Assembly: GCA_020891255.1 (NCBI GenBank)
Contig: BQFW01000010.1
Coordinates: forward strand, 1,750,997 to 1,814,996
Origin: Entomortierella parvispora E1425
Taxonomy: Eukaryota > Fungi > Mortierellomycota
Reading direction: 5' to 3'
Length of the DNA stretch: 64,000 bases
This document shows, one piece after another, positions 15,754-28,783 of the stretch (position 1 is its first letter; the number at the start of each line of letters is the position of its first letter). Below the pieces are notes generated by a model. It saw nothing but the letters and a program-made list of their open reading frames with translations, searched no databases and was not told where the DNA came from. The translations under genes were made by a program, and so were the position numbers.

Positions 15754-16301
15754 TTTGACGGAGCTGTTTGATGTTGGTTGCAAGGTAGCGGAAGATAATG
15801 AGTAAGTTAGGAAGATCAGGGAGAGTGAGAGAGATGAAGAGCTGGAAGAGGCGAGAAGATCGAGTCGAAGATAAAGGGAGGGGTGGGTCAGCTTTGATCA
15901 TCAAATGGCGCGATAATGAAATGGCGCGAAAAAGCGCAGAGCCAGTGACTGCCTGTTCAATTGCACCATCAAACCTTGGCGGCCAATCACCGAGAGGAAG
16001 CATTTTTGGTGGCGTTCCAAAGGTGCGTTTTGTCACGTGGGCAAACCCAGTGGTCCATTTGGACAGCCCTATCTGCATATCTGCCAGACAGACTGAAAGT
16101 CCGTCAGTGCGGGGTCCACTGGCCTTCTTTTTTGTTGTCCGCACCATCCCTCTGTCGCACACGCCATCTCAAAAACTTCGGCCTCGTTGGTTGCCAGACC
16201 ATGTCCCAGCAGCCTCCGCTTGATTGACCAATCCATCCAGAATCGGGAATTAGGAATCCTCCTTTTGCTCTTGACCATCTTCATCGCCACCCTCTCTGAC
16301 C

Positions 16302-18676
16302 ATGGCAAAAGCTGGCCTGCAACGGTCCGGACATGGTCTGTCCGCCACGCTTTCGCTGGCCCATAATCACGACCCCCAAACTCTTAAATCCGAACATCCT
16401 AATGGCCGTCTTGATCAGCAGTGCCAGGGAGCCTCCAAACATGAGCGCTTTGCCATTCAGCGCGCGCTCGGATTCAAGAATGTTGTCATTTATATCCTCC
16501 TTTTCCTTAACATTGCCTTAATCACCCGGATGTTTTCAAATTACCATCGCGCACCTTCCAAGCATTGCCGAGGCCATGCTTCCCACTCAAGCGACTTTAC
16601 CCTTTGGACCCTACCCGAGCAGGAACACGAGGGAGAGGATGCTACCTCGATTGATTTTTGGATCAAGATGGGCCTTATCGTATTCCTTGTCATGATTGGC
16701 GGCATCTTTGCGGGTATGTTCTGCAGGTTTCTTTTCACTGGCAAGAGTTTCTATATTGGTGACTAAAACTTTACTTTGACTTGGTAGGATTGACCATTGG
16801 ATTGATGGGTTTGGACGAGACAAACCTCCACGTATTGATGGCCTCTGGATCGTCGAATGAGCAGGTCAATGCTGAGATAGTCTTTTCACTTTTGTCCCGA
16901 GGAAAACACTGGGTGCTGGGTAAGAGTTGACGCACGTAGCTCTTGGTTTTTCATCCTCCATTTTATTGCTGATGACCTGACGACCTACCTTTTCTTGATC
17001 GCTCCCTAGTTACTCTTTTGCTGGGAAACGTTATTGTCAATGAGGTATGGTGTCCACTCGATTTTGCACGTAACGATTGCATTACTGGGGAATATCTTTT
17101 AATGAATTTTCTTTCTTCATAGACGCTGCCAGTGGTACTGGACTCGGAGCTTGGTGGTGGCGTTGTAGCCATTCTGATCTCAACGTTATTGATTGTGATT
17201 TTTGGAGAGTAAGCTTCACTGTCAACCTCACAACCTCGTTCTGTTTTGACCCTTTTGATTAATTCTGTGTCCTTGCGGCATTCTCTTCTTAGGATTATCC
17301 CGCAGGCTGTCTGTGCCAGATATGGTCTCGCGATTGGCGCTTATTGTGCAAAGCCAATGTTGGTTTTCATGTACATCATGTCTCCAGCTGCCTATCCCAT
17401 TGCCATGCTCCTTGATTCTTGGTTGGGAGTTCATCATGGAACGACGTACCGTCGGACAGAGTTGAAGACCTTGGTCTCTCTGCACCAGGTCGATGGAATC
17501 GGCGAGCTCACAGATGACGAGGTTACCATCATCGCCTCAGTCCTCGATCTGAAAGAGAAACCAGTGTCTATGGTCATGACTCCTCTGGAAGATGTCTTTA
17601 CACTGAGCGAGGATGCAATTCTGGATGAAGAGCTAATGGAGGAAATCATGTCAGCAGGGTTTTCTCGCATCCCAATCTATCGCCATGACGATCCAAGCAA
17701 TTTCATTGGTATGCTACTGGTGAAGAGACTCATCACGTATGATCCAGAGGATCACATCGCCGTTCGACAATTTGCAATCAGCTCTTTGCCAGAGGCTGCG
17801 CCCAATACCTCTTGTCTGGATATCCTCAATTTTTTCCAAGAAGGCAGATCTCATATGGCGATTGTGACTTCAGAGCCAGGCGGATTTGGATTGCCTGTAG
17901 GTGTGATCACCTTGGAGGATGTCATCGAGGAGCTTTTAGGAGAGGAAATCGTGGACGAGTCGGATGTGTACGTTGATATTCACAACAAGATTCGAGTGAT
18001 TCGGAAACCTGTCAGGAATGTCCATCTTATCAAGAACCTCAAGTCTCTTTTGCAGTCCCCTGCATTGAGCGATGCGGCTCTTGTCAGTGCAGCGGTCTCT
18101 CCCCATTTGCCAGCCCCTGCAACTTTGCCTGGCTATGGTGCCGTGACTGGACACAGCGCGCCACATCAATTGGCTGTCCCCGTTGAACACTCGAACGCGT
18201 TTATAGCCAGCGGCAAGACGATATTGCAGTCTCAACAGTCGGATGTTGCTGAAGCCAAAATGTCAAGGCACAACTCTACCGTGGAGGAGCGTCAGGCTTT
18301 ACTTGAACAGAATGGGTCTCGGCATAACTGCGCGTTCAAGACTGGAGGTCCATCCAAGCCTCCTTCACTCCCAAAGGAGATCTTGTCGACGATATCATAT
18401 GGCTCCACCCATAATCCTGGATCTCCGGTGTTGTCTGCTGCACCTGGGCAAGTAGTGATTGATATGTTGGCAGATGACGGGAGTAAGGCAAAGTTACCTC
18501 AGACCCAGGGTGTTCATCAGTCGGACTCTTCATCTACGCTGCAGTCGATGGCGGAAGATAGCCAGGGTGCCGTCCTTACGACGACAACACCCCTTTCCAG
18601 CGCCAATGCCTCTACAACAGGCACGAGCCCGAAGAGCAAAAAGAAGAAGAAAAAGAGCAAATCCAGCAGGTCCTGA
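16302..18676 (+). CDS. MAM3: CNNM/Mam3 family membrane protein (DUF21 + CBS pair)
   Basis: [103 protein letters not shown] across five GT-AG exons. The start codon is the first in-frame ATG. Confidence 0.93.
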
Positions 18677-19080
18677 CAGAGCAACCGTGTTTGTGGTCGC
18701 CAATACGCCAATAAATAGCAATACACGAAGTTGAACTTCAGAAAAGAAAGCAAGAGAGCGAAAGAAAGAGAGATTGAGAACGAGAGAGGAAAAGACAGAG
18801 ATAGAGTGAGAGAGGAGCATAGAGCAGTAACACTGGTTGGTGTAGATGAGAGAGGAAGGAGAGACCATTCGATGATGCCGATGGTGGTGATGATGACGGG
18901 GGTGTCGTGCCGTGTGCCCTTTCCCTTTCCCTTCTCCCCTGGCCTGTGTGTCGTTGCTGTCTGTCTTCTGTCTGTCTGTCTTTCTGTCTTTCTGTTCTCA
19001 TCCTTCGTCGTCTCGCTTGCAGCTCTTCTCCGTCCATTTGTCCTCCTTCCTTTCTTCCTTTCGTCCGACCCCCTGGCCTC

Positions 19081-19135
19081 TCTGTCTCTCTGTCTCTCTG
19101 TCTCTCTGTCTCTCTGTCTCTCTGTCTCTCTGTCT
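19081..19135. repeat. (TCTCTCTG)n microsatellite, about 7 copies
   Basis: Direct 8-bp tandem repeat in the CT-rich region upstream of the kinase gene. Confidence 0.9.
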
Positions 19136-19927
19136 CCCCTTCACTCTGCATTCATCCATTTTGCTCATTCATCCCTCCATCCCTCCATCAACCCTTCTGC
19201 CCCTCCTCATTGGAGCAGCCAGCCACCTGAGGACTCTATTTTTTGTCAATTCAAGCAGACTGGTGAGTCCCCGCTGTCCATGCCTGTTGACCATGAGATC
19301 GGCTCGTTTTGCGAGCGACTGAACATGCGGTGACCCAACCCGATATCCCTTCCCATCCATTCCATTCCATCCCCGCCCAGACGACCGTTGCTGCCTGCCT
19401 CAGCAACGAACAAGAGATGGGCAGCGGGAAGGAGAGAGAGAGCGAGCGAGCGAGAGGAGCAGAAAGAGAGGTCGGCAGCAGGCATTGGCTGTTGCTTCCT
19501 TTTTCTTTTCCTTGTCCACTCTGGCACCATCTGGTGCGTCTTTTCTTTGTTCTCAAGCACCTTTGCCTCTCTTCCCTCTGCCTCTGCTCCCCTCCTTGCG
19601 CTTGCAGTCCTTCTGCTGCCGTCCTTTGTTCCTTTGTTCCCTCGTCCTTTCGTTCTTCGGCTTTGCGGCTCTCTTTTCTCTTTATCTTTTCTCTATTTTT
19701 TGTATCCCCTCATCTCTCTTCTCTCTTTCTCTTCTCTTCCCTTCCCCTCTTCTCTCTTGTCTTCTCCCCTCCCCACTCTCTCCCCTATCTCCACTCCATT
19801 CCTCATTCTCATTCTCTTTCTCTCTTTTTCTCTCCCTCATTCTCATCATCTGCTCAACCCAAAACTTAATTAATCATTCTCTTCTCCCCTTTGTCATCCT
19901 CCATCGGATAGAGTGTGCGTCTATGCC

Positions 19928-22900
19928 ATGGCAATCATGCCGCTATCCCCCAATTCCAATACCCTCGAGTCGCCCTCGCCCTCGACCAAAGCTTTGCACA
20001 CCGCTCCTCTTCGCTCAACATCCCAGCCTTGCTATGACAAGGACCTCCCACCCACCCCTACATCCACGAGCCACTTGGCAACAATAGTCTCATCCATGGA
20101 CCGCTCTCTGGCCCCATCCACATCCTCCTCCACAAAGACCATTCCGTCACAGTCCCACCAACACAAGCACGAGCACCATCTCCATCAGAACTCACCCCCC
20201 TCGCCTCTTCCCTCAAAAAATGGTCCTACTCCTGATACCTCCAACCCCAAGCTCCCTTCCTCGTCTTCGTCCTCCTCCACCACCTCCACCTCAGCCTCGG
20301 CCTCGCCAAAGACCCCTCAGCTCTCTTCTGCTCCATTGACCACCCCGACTGCAATGGAGACGATCCTCCCTGCAAACGGAGCACCCCCCGCAGAAGCCAC
20401 GTCGTTGGCAGCCCCTTCAAGACCGGCCTCCTCGGGTTTGCCTCCAGGCGCTGCTCACGTTTCTAACAGAGCAGAGACTGGAGAGCTGTTAGCCTCACCG
20501 CCAACGTCCTCCTTGGCGGATAACGGCAAGGAAAGGACTGTGGCCAAGAGGGTGACCCTCATGGGACCACCCCCTCCCTATCCCGGAGACGCACACACGG
20601 CTGCCTCCGCTACTGCGAGACCCACAGATATCCAAAGCGGCCCCTCTTCGCATCAATACCCTCATCATCCAGAGTTTCCTGCTCGTCAGCAGTATGAGCA
20701 GCGCACCTCAGGTCCGGCCAGTGCCCTCATCTTGTCCCAAGATAATACCCCGTCGTCTTCACGCACCACCACGACTACCACTCGAACCCTCACTACACCA
20801 GAACCCACAAACGGCTTTCACGGCCATCAAGTGACCCAGGAGAGAGGTGCCCCCCCTGGCCAATATGGCAGCATGGATCCAACGGCTCAGAGCTCCCCTT
20901 CTTCAAATCATTATCGGGCGGACAGTGCCTTTAATAATAATATCGACCAGGCCCAGACTTTGGCTCACATCGCCCAGGATGACCGCATGCAGCACCGCCG
21001 AGGCGACAGCACCAGCAGCCATGCAGCCGACACTCAAGCAAGTTACATCAACAACAGCAATAGCACCAGCACCAGCAACACCCAGCGTGCGGCGACAGGA
21101 GCGGCGGAAGGCCAGGCTACGACAGCGGCGGATGCCAATGGCGAGGATCCGTCACGGGTCAAACCTCGTCGTGTCCTTGGGAACTACCACATGTCCAAGA
21201 CTCTTGGTGCAGGCAGCATGGGAAAAGTCAAGCTTGGAGTACATAGCCGCACTCGCGACAAGGTAAAAAGACAAACAAACACACGTCCTCAGTCATTTGA
21301 GATGAACAGACCCTCCCGTCAGCGTCCTGCTCCACCTCGGCAAGGACCTCTCTTGTGTCCAAGCTTCTTTGTTACACGTGACAAATCTGGCAACGGGCAC
21401 AGGACAGGTGCAAACAAATGAAAGAACTCCATCTAACCATGCTTTTGCCCTTGAACTGACTCCAGGTCGCGATCAAGATCATTCCAAGGGTGCAGCCCAA
21501 TCCAAACATGACACCCGCCCAGCAGGAAAAGGAGGACAACCGAGAGACTAGAACTATACGCGAGGCATCCATTATGATGGTTCTGCATCATCCATATATC
21601 GTCAGCCTCTACGAGGTTATGGTCCTACCTCATCATTACTACATGGTTCTGGAGCATGTGGATGGTGGACAGATGCTGGACTACATTATTTCGCATGGCA
21701 AGCTTAAGGAAAAGCATGCTCGGAAGTTTGCTCGCCAGATTGCATCTGCTCTTGGTAAGTTTTCTCGACTCAAACATCCCGTCGCCGCATGGTACCCTAC
21801 TTCAAGGCACTTACAAACCAAAACAATATCCAAACACTGTTTCTAGACTACTGTCATCGGAATTCGATTGTGCATCGGGATCTTAAAATCGAAAACATAT
21901 TGATCTCAAAGTCTGGTAACATCAAAATCATTGACTTTGGTCTCTCGAACCTCTACTCGCCTCGCTCGCACTTGTCGACCTTTTGTGGGTCGCTCTATTT
22001 TGCCGCTCCAGAATTGCTGAATGCCAAGGTGTATACAGGACCTGAAGTCGATGTCTGGAGTTTCGGAATTGTCTTGTATGTCCTCGTCTGCGGGAAGGTA
22101 CCCTTTGATGACCAGTCCATGCCTGCGCTCCATGCAAAAATTAAGCGAGGCTTTGTCGAATACCCCGCCTGGCTCAGCAATGGTATGAATCAAGTTTAAC
22201 TACAGCTACTGAACTGAAATGTCTCGCACCACCAGTAGTGCCAGTATCAAGTCATCTAATCCCGCCCTTGATTTTTTCCTTCGTAGATTGCAGGCATCTT
22301 CTCTCCAGGATGTTGGTGACTGTCCCAAGTCAGCGTGCAACAATGGCTGAAGTGTTGGCTCATCCATGGATGAACAAGTCATATGATCTCCCCCAGCCCA
22401 GCTACTGTCCCCAGAGAAGCCCGTTAACAGAACCGCTGGATATGAACGTCATTCGTGGCATGACAGGTTTTGAATTTGGTACGGAGCAGGAGATTGCAGA
22501 CCGTCTGCTGGCGATCATCCGCAGCGAATCATACCAAATTGCGGCCAAGAACTGGCATGCACTGAACATGTCCGTTAGTGGTACCCTGTCTCACAAGAAA
22601 AAGATGCAAAGCTTCGCCAACAGAGAGGCGGAGCTCCAGATACCCTTGACAACTCCTCTCACTTCCATCTACCACCTCGTTCGGGAGAAGCAGGCCAGAG
22701 AGGCCATGCAGCGTATGTCTGCCCAAGGCCTGTCAGGTTCGTCTGCCCAGAACGGTGTGGGTCCTGTAGTAGATTCGGCCTCTGGATCTCACAGTCATCA
22801 CCAGTATTCTCACTCATTGGCAGGACAACATCAGAGCTCTTCGCCCCATCCAGCTTACCCTCAACAACCACATCAGCACCCTTCCCAGGCGCCACTACCA

Positions 22901-23605
22901 CCCTCGCATCGCCAGAGCATGAGTCATATGAATTATGACTCGGGTATGGCTGACAATCACAGCGGCCATGGCCACAGCAACACGATGGGTCATAGCAGTG
23001 CCCTTTCGTCTGCTAGGTCAACACTCAGTGGATTCGCCTCATTTGGACGCAAGAGCCTTCGACCACGCGCGAGATCGGTCGCAGGAGATCTGCTGCGATC
23101 CAATACTACAGGTCATGCCAATGGTGGATCGGGCAATAACGGTCACGGTCAAGAAGCGGGACACCACAATGGTCAGGCTCCTGGCCAGAGCAGAGAAGGC
23201 TCTATCAAGAGTAGCAAGGGATCCGAGAGAGGTCTTGGCCAGTCTGCTGCAGCTCATGCGGCCCGATCGCTTTTTGGAAGTGTACGGGAGTCGAGTGGAG
23301 GAGTGTTGCGACGGCTGAGTCTGGTCTTTAACCATCATGGCGACCGTGACAAGGAGAAGGAGAAGGAGCGGGAGAGAGAACGTGTCGAAGGCGGCACTAG
23401 CGGCACTGGTGCTAGTGGACATGCCAACCATGTGCGTCACCACTCCACCAAACTCGAACGAGCCTCCACAGCCCCACGGCCATTCAGTTTTGGCAGACCA
23501 CAGTCGATGCGAGCACGACCTATTTCAATGGCTGAGTCCTTGGATCGACCATTGCCACCAATGCCCAGAGAGGCATATGAGCCTTCGTTCACATCTGTTC
23601 CTTGA
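19928..23605 (+). CDS. KIN1: Kin1/Kin2 (MARK/PAR-1 family) Ser/Thr kinase with long low-complexity N terminus
   Basis: Exons 19928-21262, 21466-21754, 21847-22182, 22286-23605. [75 protein letters not shown], then the Kin1-type [19 protein letters not shown] segment. Confidence 0.92.
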
Positions 23606-24354
23606 TGACATGTTGGACCGTTTTCCTTTTCCCCTTTATTTTTGATATCCCTATTCTATTCTATTTTCCCATCCCCCACCCATGGTCGATCCGTTCACCA
23701 AAAAAAAAAAAAAAAAAAAAAATAACGCTGGTTTTTTCTGAAAAAAAACAACACTAAAAATGACCTCAGTCGTAATAAAAAGCAAACGAAGCAACAGAAA
23801 CTCAGAAAGTCAGAAACCCTTCAGGGAGTAAGTCAAATGGGATGCAGTAAAACTGCACTGCGGCTCTTTTCTCAAGGAGACAAATTTGAGGTCCACCAGC
23901 TCCAATCCGTTTTGCGCAAGTCGTTGGAGTTCTGTGGGCAAAAACAACAGTCAAGCACGTCGGCGGTGCAAGTGGAATGCATGGATTCATATAATGACGA
24001 TCTTGATGAGCATCGTTGGCCTTTCTAGATCAGGGTCATTGAAGCGGTTGTGTCGGAAAGTGGGTCAACCAAAGCATCAACGACAAATAGACCGTTGCTG
24101 CGGTGGTCTCTGGCGTGTGGGCAGAGCAGGGGAGGTGATCAGTCATCCGCAAATCAATTTTTTTTTTCTTTTCTTTTGATCTGCGGCGCCATTCTTTTCC
24201 CTCTCTCTCTCTCTCTCTCTCTCTTTCTTTCCTTTCTCTCTTGTCCTTCATCAGTCCATCCACACCCACACCCACTCCTCTCTCCCTCCCTCTCTTCCAT
24301 CCATATATCGTTCATCCTCATAACTCCCGCCTTTGACCGCAAGTCACAATCTTC

Positions 24355-27300
24355 ATGGATCCTTCCACCCCAGCTCCAGCGTCAAGCAACGCTGCCGCAT
24401 CGTCATCCGACCAGCCTCCTCGGAACAGAAATCGTCGAGACGCGGGCAAAGGACAAACTGATTCATCATCCAAAGCAAACAAGGGCTCCACAGCGGAAAA
24501 GGGAAGCAAGGACAACCGTCATCACCAAAACACGCGCAAGAAGGAAAAGACCGACTCCTCTGCAGCCGGTGTTGCTGTTCCACCGCGCGCGCCTCGGACA
24601 ATCGCTGCTACCGACCCCATCGATCTCCAAGCTGGCAAGACCGTGGTGGCTCCCCCAGCAGCTGCAGAGGCGCCTGTGGATGACGAGGATAGACCGCAAT
24701 GCTTTATCTGCACGGAAAACATTGTCATTTTTGCTGTCTCGGACTGCAACCATCGCACATGCCATCTCTGCTCACTGCGTCTGCGTGCCCTCTACAAAAC
24801 CAAGAACTGTGCATACTGCAAGGTATTCTATTTGCGAAATGGTTCTATGATATGTGAGGCTTTATGTCCAATCTGATACTCAATTGTCGAACAATTTGTT
24901 CTAGGCCGACCAAAGTCTGATGATCTTTACTAGAGACGCTGAGAAGCCTTTTCAGGAGTATGACCTCAAAGCCATGGCCTTCTTTGATCGCAAACTTAAT
25001 GTCTACTTTGAGGACCAGGAGATGTATGAGGACACCATGGTACTGTTGAGGTTCAATTGCCCGGACCCCACCTGTGAAGTTGCATGTCCTGATGGCTGGA
25101 ATCAACTCAAATCCCATGTCAAAAAAACGCACAAACTGATGCTGTGGTACGTTTCTCGACATATCCACCCGTGGATGTTTTATCCCCAACCTGCATATTG
25201 GACTAACCCCGTATTATCCCAACTGCTATTGTCATGTCATAGCGATCTTTGTGTTCGCCACAAGAAAGTCTTTGCTCATGAACATAATTTGATGACAGCT
25301 TCGCAGCTCATGAAGCACTTCAAGACAGGCGATGCTGGACAAAGCAACCAAAACTCTGCCGAACCATCCGGATTCAAGGGCCATCCAGAGTGTGGCTTTT
25401 GCAAGGAAAGTTTCTATGGTGACGATGAGCTCTTTGAGCACTGCAAAAAAAACCATGAACAGTGCTTCCTCTGTTTGCGGCGAAACATCCGTCACCAGTA
25501 TTACGACAAGTATGCTGACTTGGTAAGTGCATCGGTCGCTAGTGGGCACCAACATTTAAGGCGTATATTTTTAACTGCCCGAGAAGCTTTCGTGTGAACT
25601 GCGGCTAATCTCACACGTTTCTCCCCTTAGGAACGTCATTTGCACTCTGAACATTTTGCATGCATGGACCCCGAGTGCCTGGAAAAGAAGTTTGTGGTTT
25701 TTGATTCAGAGCTGGATCTTAAGGGTCACGAGGCAGAGATGCACCCCCACGCCACACATGGCCAACGGACACGATTGAGAGATGCACGAAAGATTGATAT
25801 CAGCTTCAACTACCAGTCTGCCAGCGACAACTCTCAAGGTCGTCGTGGCGGTCGTAATGCCCGTTCCAGCGGCCAAGGTTCGCGCCGTGAAGAGCAGGCG
25901 TCCAATCAGCCTCAGTTGACGCCTCATCAGATCCAACAAATTGCCTTGCAACAACAGATGGCAGAAGAGCACGAAAGACGTATTCAGAATGAATCAACGG
26001 AGGAAGTCACCGAGTCTATGTCAGAGTTGTCGATGCAGGGTTCTGAGACCTCCAAGGGCGGCAAATCGATGTTGCGGACACGACCCCCAGCTGGCTTTGG
26101 CTCTTCGCTGTCAGAGCCCGCGCCAGTAAGACCTCAGAGCTCCGCAACGTCTGCTGCGGCCCGTGTTGCTGCCAATATTCAGCGCACCTCTAGTCCTCGC
26201 GCTCCTGTCCGGACAACTTCCCCTGTAGTGGTATCGCAGTCCAGGACTGAGTGGCCTGCTGTGTCTGCTGCAGTCTCTGTACCAACTGCTAGTCCCGCAC
26301 CAAGAAAGCCGGCCGGTCAAGTGGCGCCAGAGACTCTTAGGTAAGATACTATTCCGCCATCAATACTTTTGCCTGTTACACCTCACCTACTCAAATACTA
26401 ACATTTAATGTTGCGATCATTATAGTAAGCATGCTCAACTCCAGGATAAGGTCCAGCAATACCTTCAGGGTACATCGGGCAGTCTCTCGCAGTTCAGGAC
26501 GTTGACTACGCAATTCCGGAATTCCCAGATCCCAGCCAACCAGTTCGTCGCTTCACTCTCGTCCCTGTTTGGATCCGACCTGGACAAGACTGGGAAAATC
26601 GTGCAAGGGCTATATGATGTTCTGGACTCTGAAACCAAGAAGGCAGAGATGATGCGTAATTGGCGAGACTTCAAGACTGTCCAGAGTCAGTTCCCCTCGT
26701 TGGAATCAACCGTTACCTCCAACCCAACTTTGGCCGACATTGTGACGCCCTCAACCCGCCGAGTTTTGGTGATCAAGTCCTCTGGAACGACACGCGGAGG
26801 CTCAGGGCACATAAAGCCAAAGTCGACGAGCACTTGGGATCGTGCTGCTGCAGCTGCGTCGTCACTGAATCGAACCAGTTCTCCTGGATCTAGAACCAAC
26901 ACGCCAGTTTTTTATCCCACACCGCAGCTCAACTCATCTGCAGCCTGGTCTTTACCTTCTGAAAGCTCAGCTGAGGTCAGTAACAGCAACGCCCCCTCCT
27001 CCAGTACCAGTGCACCAAAGACAAGAGTCGGCGGCAGTATGGCCCAGAGTAGCAAGGGCCCAGGAGCAACGGTATCATGGGCAGGTATTCCGCAGACCTC
27101 CTCTGGCTCAAACTCTCCTGCACCACAGTTCCGTCCATCCTCCTCGTCGGCCTACAGACCTATAGTAGCTGCTGATCAATTCCCTTCGTTGGTGAGCCAG
27201 GCGCCTATTGGGGCCAAGCCAACTTTTGGTTTGTTGCCAATGCAAAAGAGCCGCAGTCAACAAGATGACACGCCAAATGGGTGGGTCACCGGATGGAGCA

Positions 27301-27389
27301 GCCTGTCGGCTGAGCAGGAAGAAGAAGAGGAGCCAACTAGCGGAAAGAAGAAGAAGAACAAGAAGAAGATCCTTTTCCACGTCGGTTAG
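24355..27389 (+). CDS. HEL2: E3 ubiquitin ligase Hel2/ZNF598 (ribosome quality control)
   Basis: RING CFICTE..CNHRTCHLCSLRLRALYKTKNCAYCK, C2H2-like repeats (GFKGHPECGFC, HEQCFLC, HFACMDPECL), C-terminal ..KKKKNKKKILFHVG. Exons 24355-24822, 24905-25146, 25243-25522, 25631-26340, 26426-27389. Confidence 0.93.
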
Positions 27390-27562
27390 AGCAGAAATAA
27401 AATAATAATTGTAGACCTCAATATCAAGATCAAACACAGCAGTAAAGCCATGTGGGAGCTCCCAGCCCTTCATCCATGAATTAAACAACACAGAGATTGC
27501 AGCAGTTGAGAGGCATTTTTTTATTTTGTAATTTTTTTGGTCTTTTTGTATTTGTTTTCATC

Positions 27563-28783
27563 CTAAAATCGCTCAATGGATCGGCGCTGAGGGTGGTGAT
27601 AGGGAGAGAATCGAAGTCCAGAAGCCTCGCGGCTGACCAAGCTGTCCTTGGAGTTGTGAGTGTCAGAGAAAGAGGAAGAAGTAAAGTCATCCAGGGTCGA
27701 GTTATCGCCTGTAATCATGAATGCGGCGGCCATGGCTTCCACAGACGCGAGATCAATCGTAGCGGCATTGGTGGCATTGTTGTTGGTGATGGTGTCGGTG
27801 TTGGTATTGGTGCTGTTGTTCTGGTGTAAGGCGGCGGGGCGCCATACAGGGAATGCAGGCGAGGTCTCCACCTGTGCTACCAAAGCAGGCTTGTCGGAGG
27901 CATTGGAGTTGTGGAGAGGGTCGCAGAGTCTATTTCCAGTGTTCCCAGGAAAGCCCAGGAGCCGCTGCTGCTGTTGGTGCAGCTGCTGCGACCTTTCCTG
28001 TTGGAGTTGCTGCTGCGGCTGCGGGTGGCGAGCTTGAATTTGAGCAGAGGGGCGTCGGAGTTGATTCTTGGTCCTGGACGAAGATTTTTGAGCGTACTCG
28101 ACCAATTTGGTCTTGGCCTTTTGACGCATGTCCTCGTCGCGGATGAGCAAGAAGGCAAGGATGCGTCTCTTGCCCTGGTCCCAGGATTGAGTCACAGCAC
28201 GAAAGAGGGCTTTGCAGTCGGATGAGGACCAGTCCGAGCCGATCCAGCGGAGGACTGTCGCCACATCCGCAAGAGGGTATTCCAAGCAAAGAGGACGCAG
28301 GCGAAGCGAAATGTAGTCGAGGTTGGAGGGGTTGTGAATCCACGTCAGGAAGCAAGTTCCATGGCTGTTATCCATGTCCTGGATTGCACTGGAAATAATA
28401 TTGGGTAGAGCTCGCTTCCCGCCAAGATCAGAGGTGTTGCCATCCACCTGAAGGCGGGGGTCGTCTCTCAGGAGAGAGGTTTGGAGACTATCCTCAAGAC
28501 CCGGCTTGGCAGCCGAGGTAGTGCCATTGTTGTCAGGAGCGCCAGAAATGCCCTGGATGGAGAGGTGAGCGGCAGCCTTTTGAGCTGTGATGGAGTAGCG
28601 AATCGAGGAAAGGGTGCGGTACTTTGTGGAGCGGGGGGAGGCGGTTGAAAGCTCTGTCGCAGGCCGCAGCCAGGACAGGGCCGAGGGAGGGGTAAGGGTG
28701 TTGGTGTGTTCAGTTGGATGGTCGCTGTAGGGTGTGAAGTTGGGAAGGGGTGTGTGTGCAGTTGCGAGGGTCATGGTGGGCAA
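27563..28783 (-). CDS. Hypothetical protein, 406 aa, intronless
   Basis: Long open frame with a structured-looking core (CFLTWIHNPSNLDYISLRLRPLCLEYPLADVATVLRWIGSDW..WDQGKRRILAFLL) between low-complexity flanks; no family recognised. Confidence 0.7.
   Translation of the reverse strand: MPTMTLATAHTPLPNFTPYSDHPTEHTNTLTPPSALSWLRPATELSTASPRSTKYRTLSSIRYSITAQKAAAHLSIQGISGAPDNNGTTSAAKPGLEDSLQTSLLRDDPRLQVDGNTSDLGGKRALPNIISSAIQDMDNSHGTCFLTWIHNPSNLDYISLRLRPLCLEYPLADVATVLRWIGSDWSSSDCKALFRAVTQSWDQGKRRILAFLLIRDEDMRQKAKTKLVEYAQKSSSRTKNQLRRPSAQIQARHPQPQQQLQQERSQQLHQQQQRLLGFPGNTGNRLCDPLHNSNASDKPALVAQVETSPAFPVWRPAALHQNNSTNTNTDTITNNNATNAATIDLASVEAMAAAFMITGDNSTLDDFTSSSFSDTHNSKDSLVSREASGLRFSPYHHPQRRSIERF

Noticed and set aside
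16492-16524. Minor-spliceosome-like signals ATATCCTCC, TTTTCCTTAAC and AC inside MAM3 exon 1
   Set aside because: The implied intron would be only 33 nt, and the sequence reads through as a hydrophobic coding segment.
23800-24028. Cryptic KA1 exon for the kinase
   Set aside because: Only superficial resemblance, and no good splice donor before the 23605 stop.
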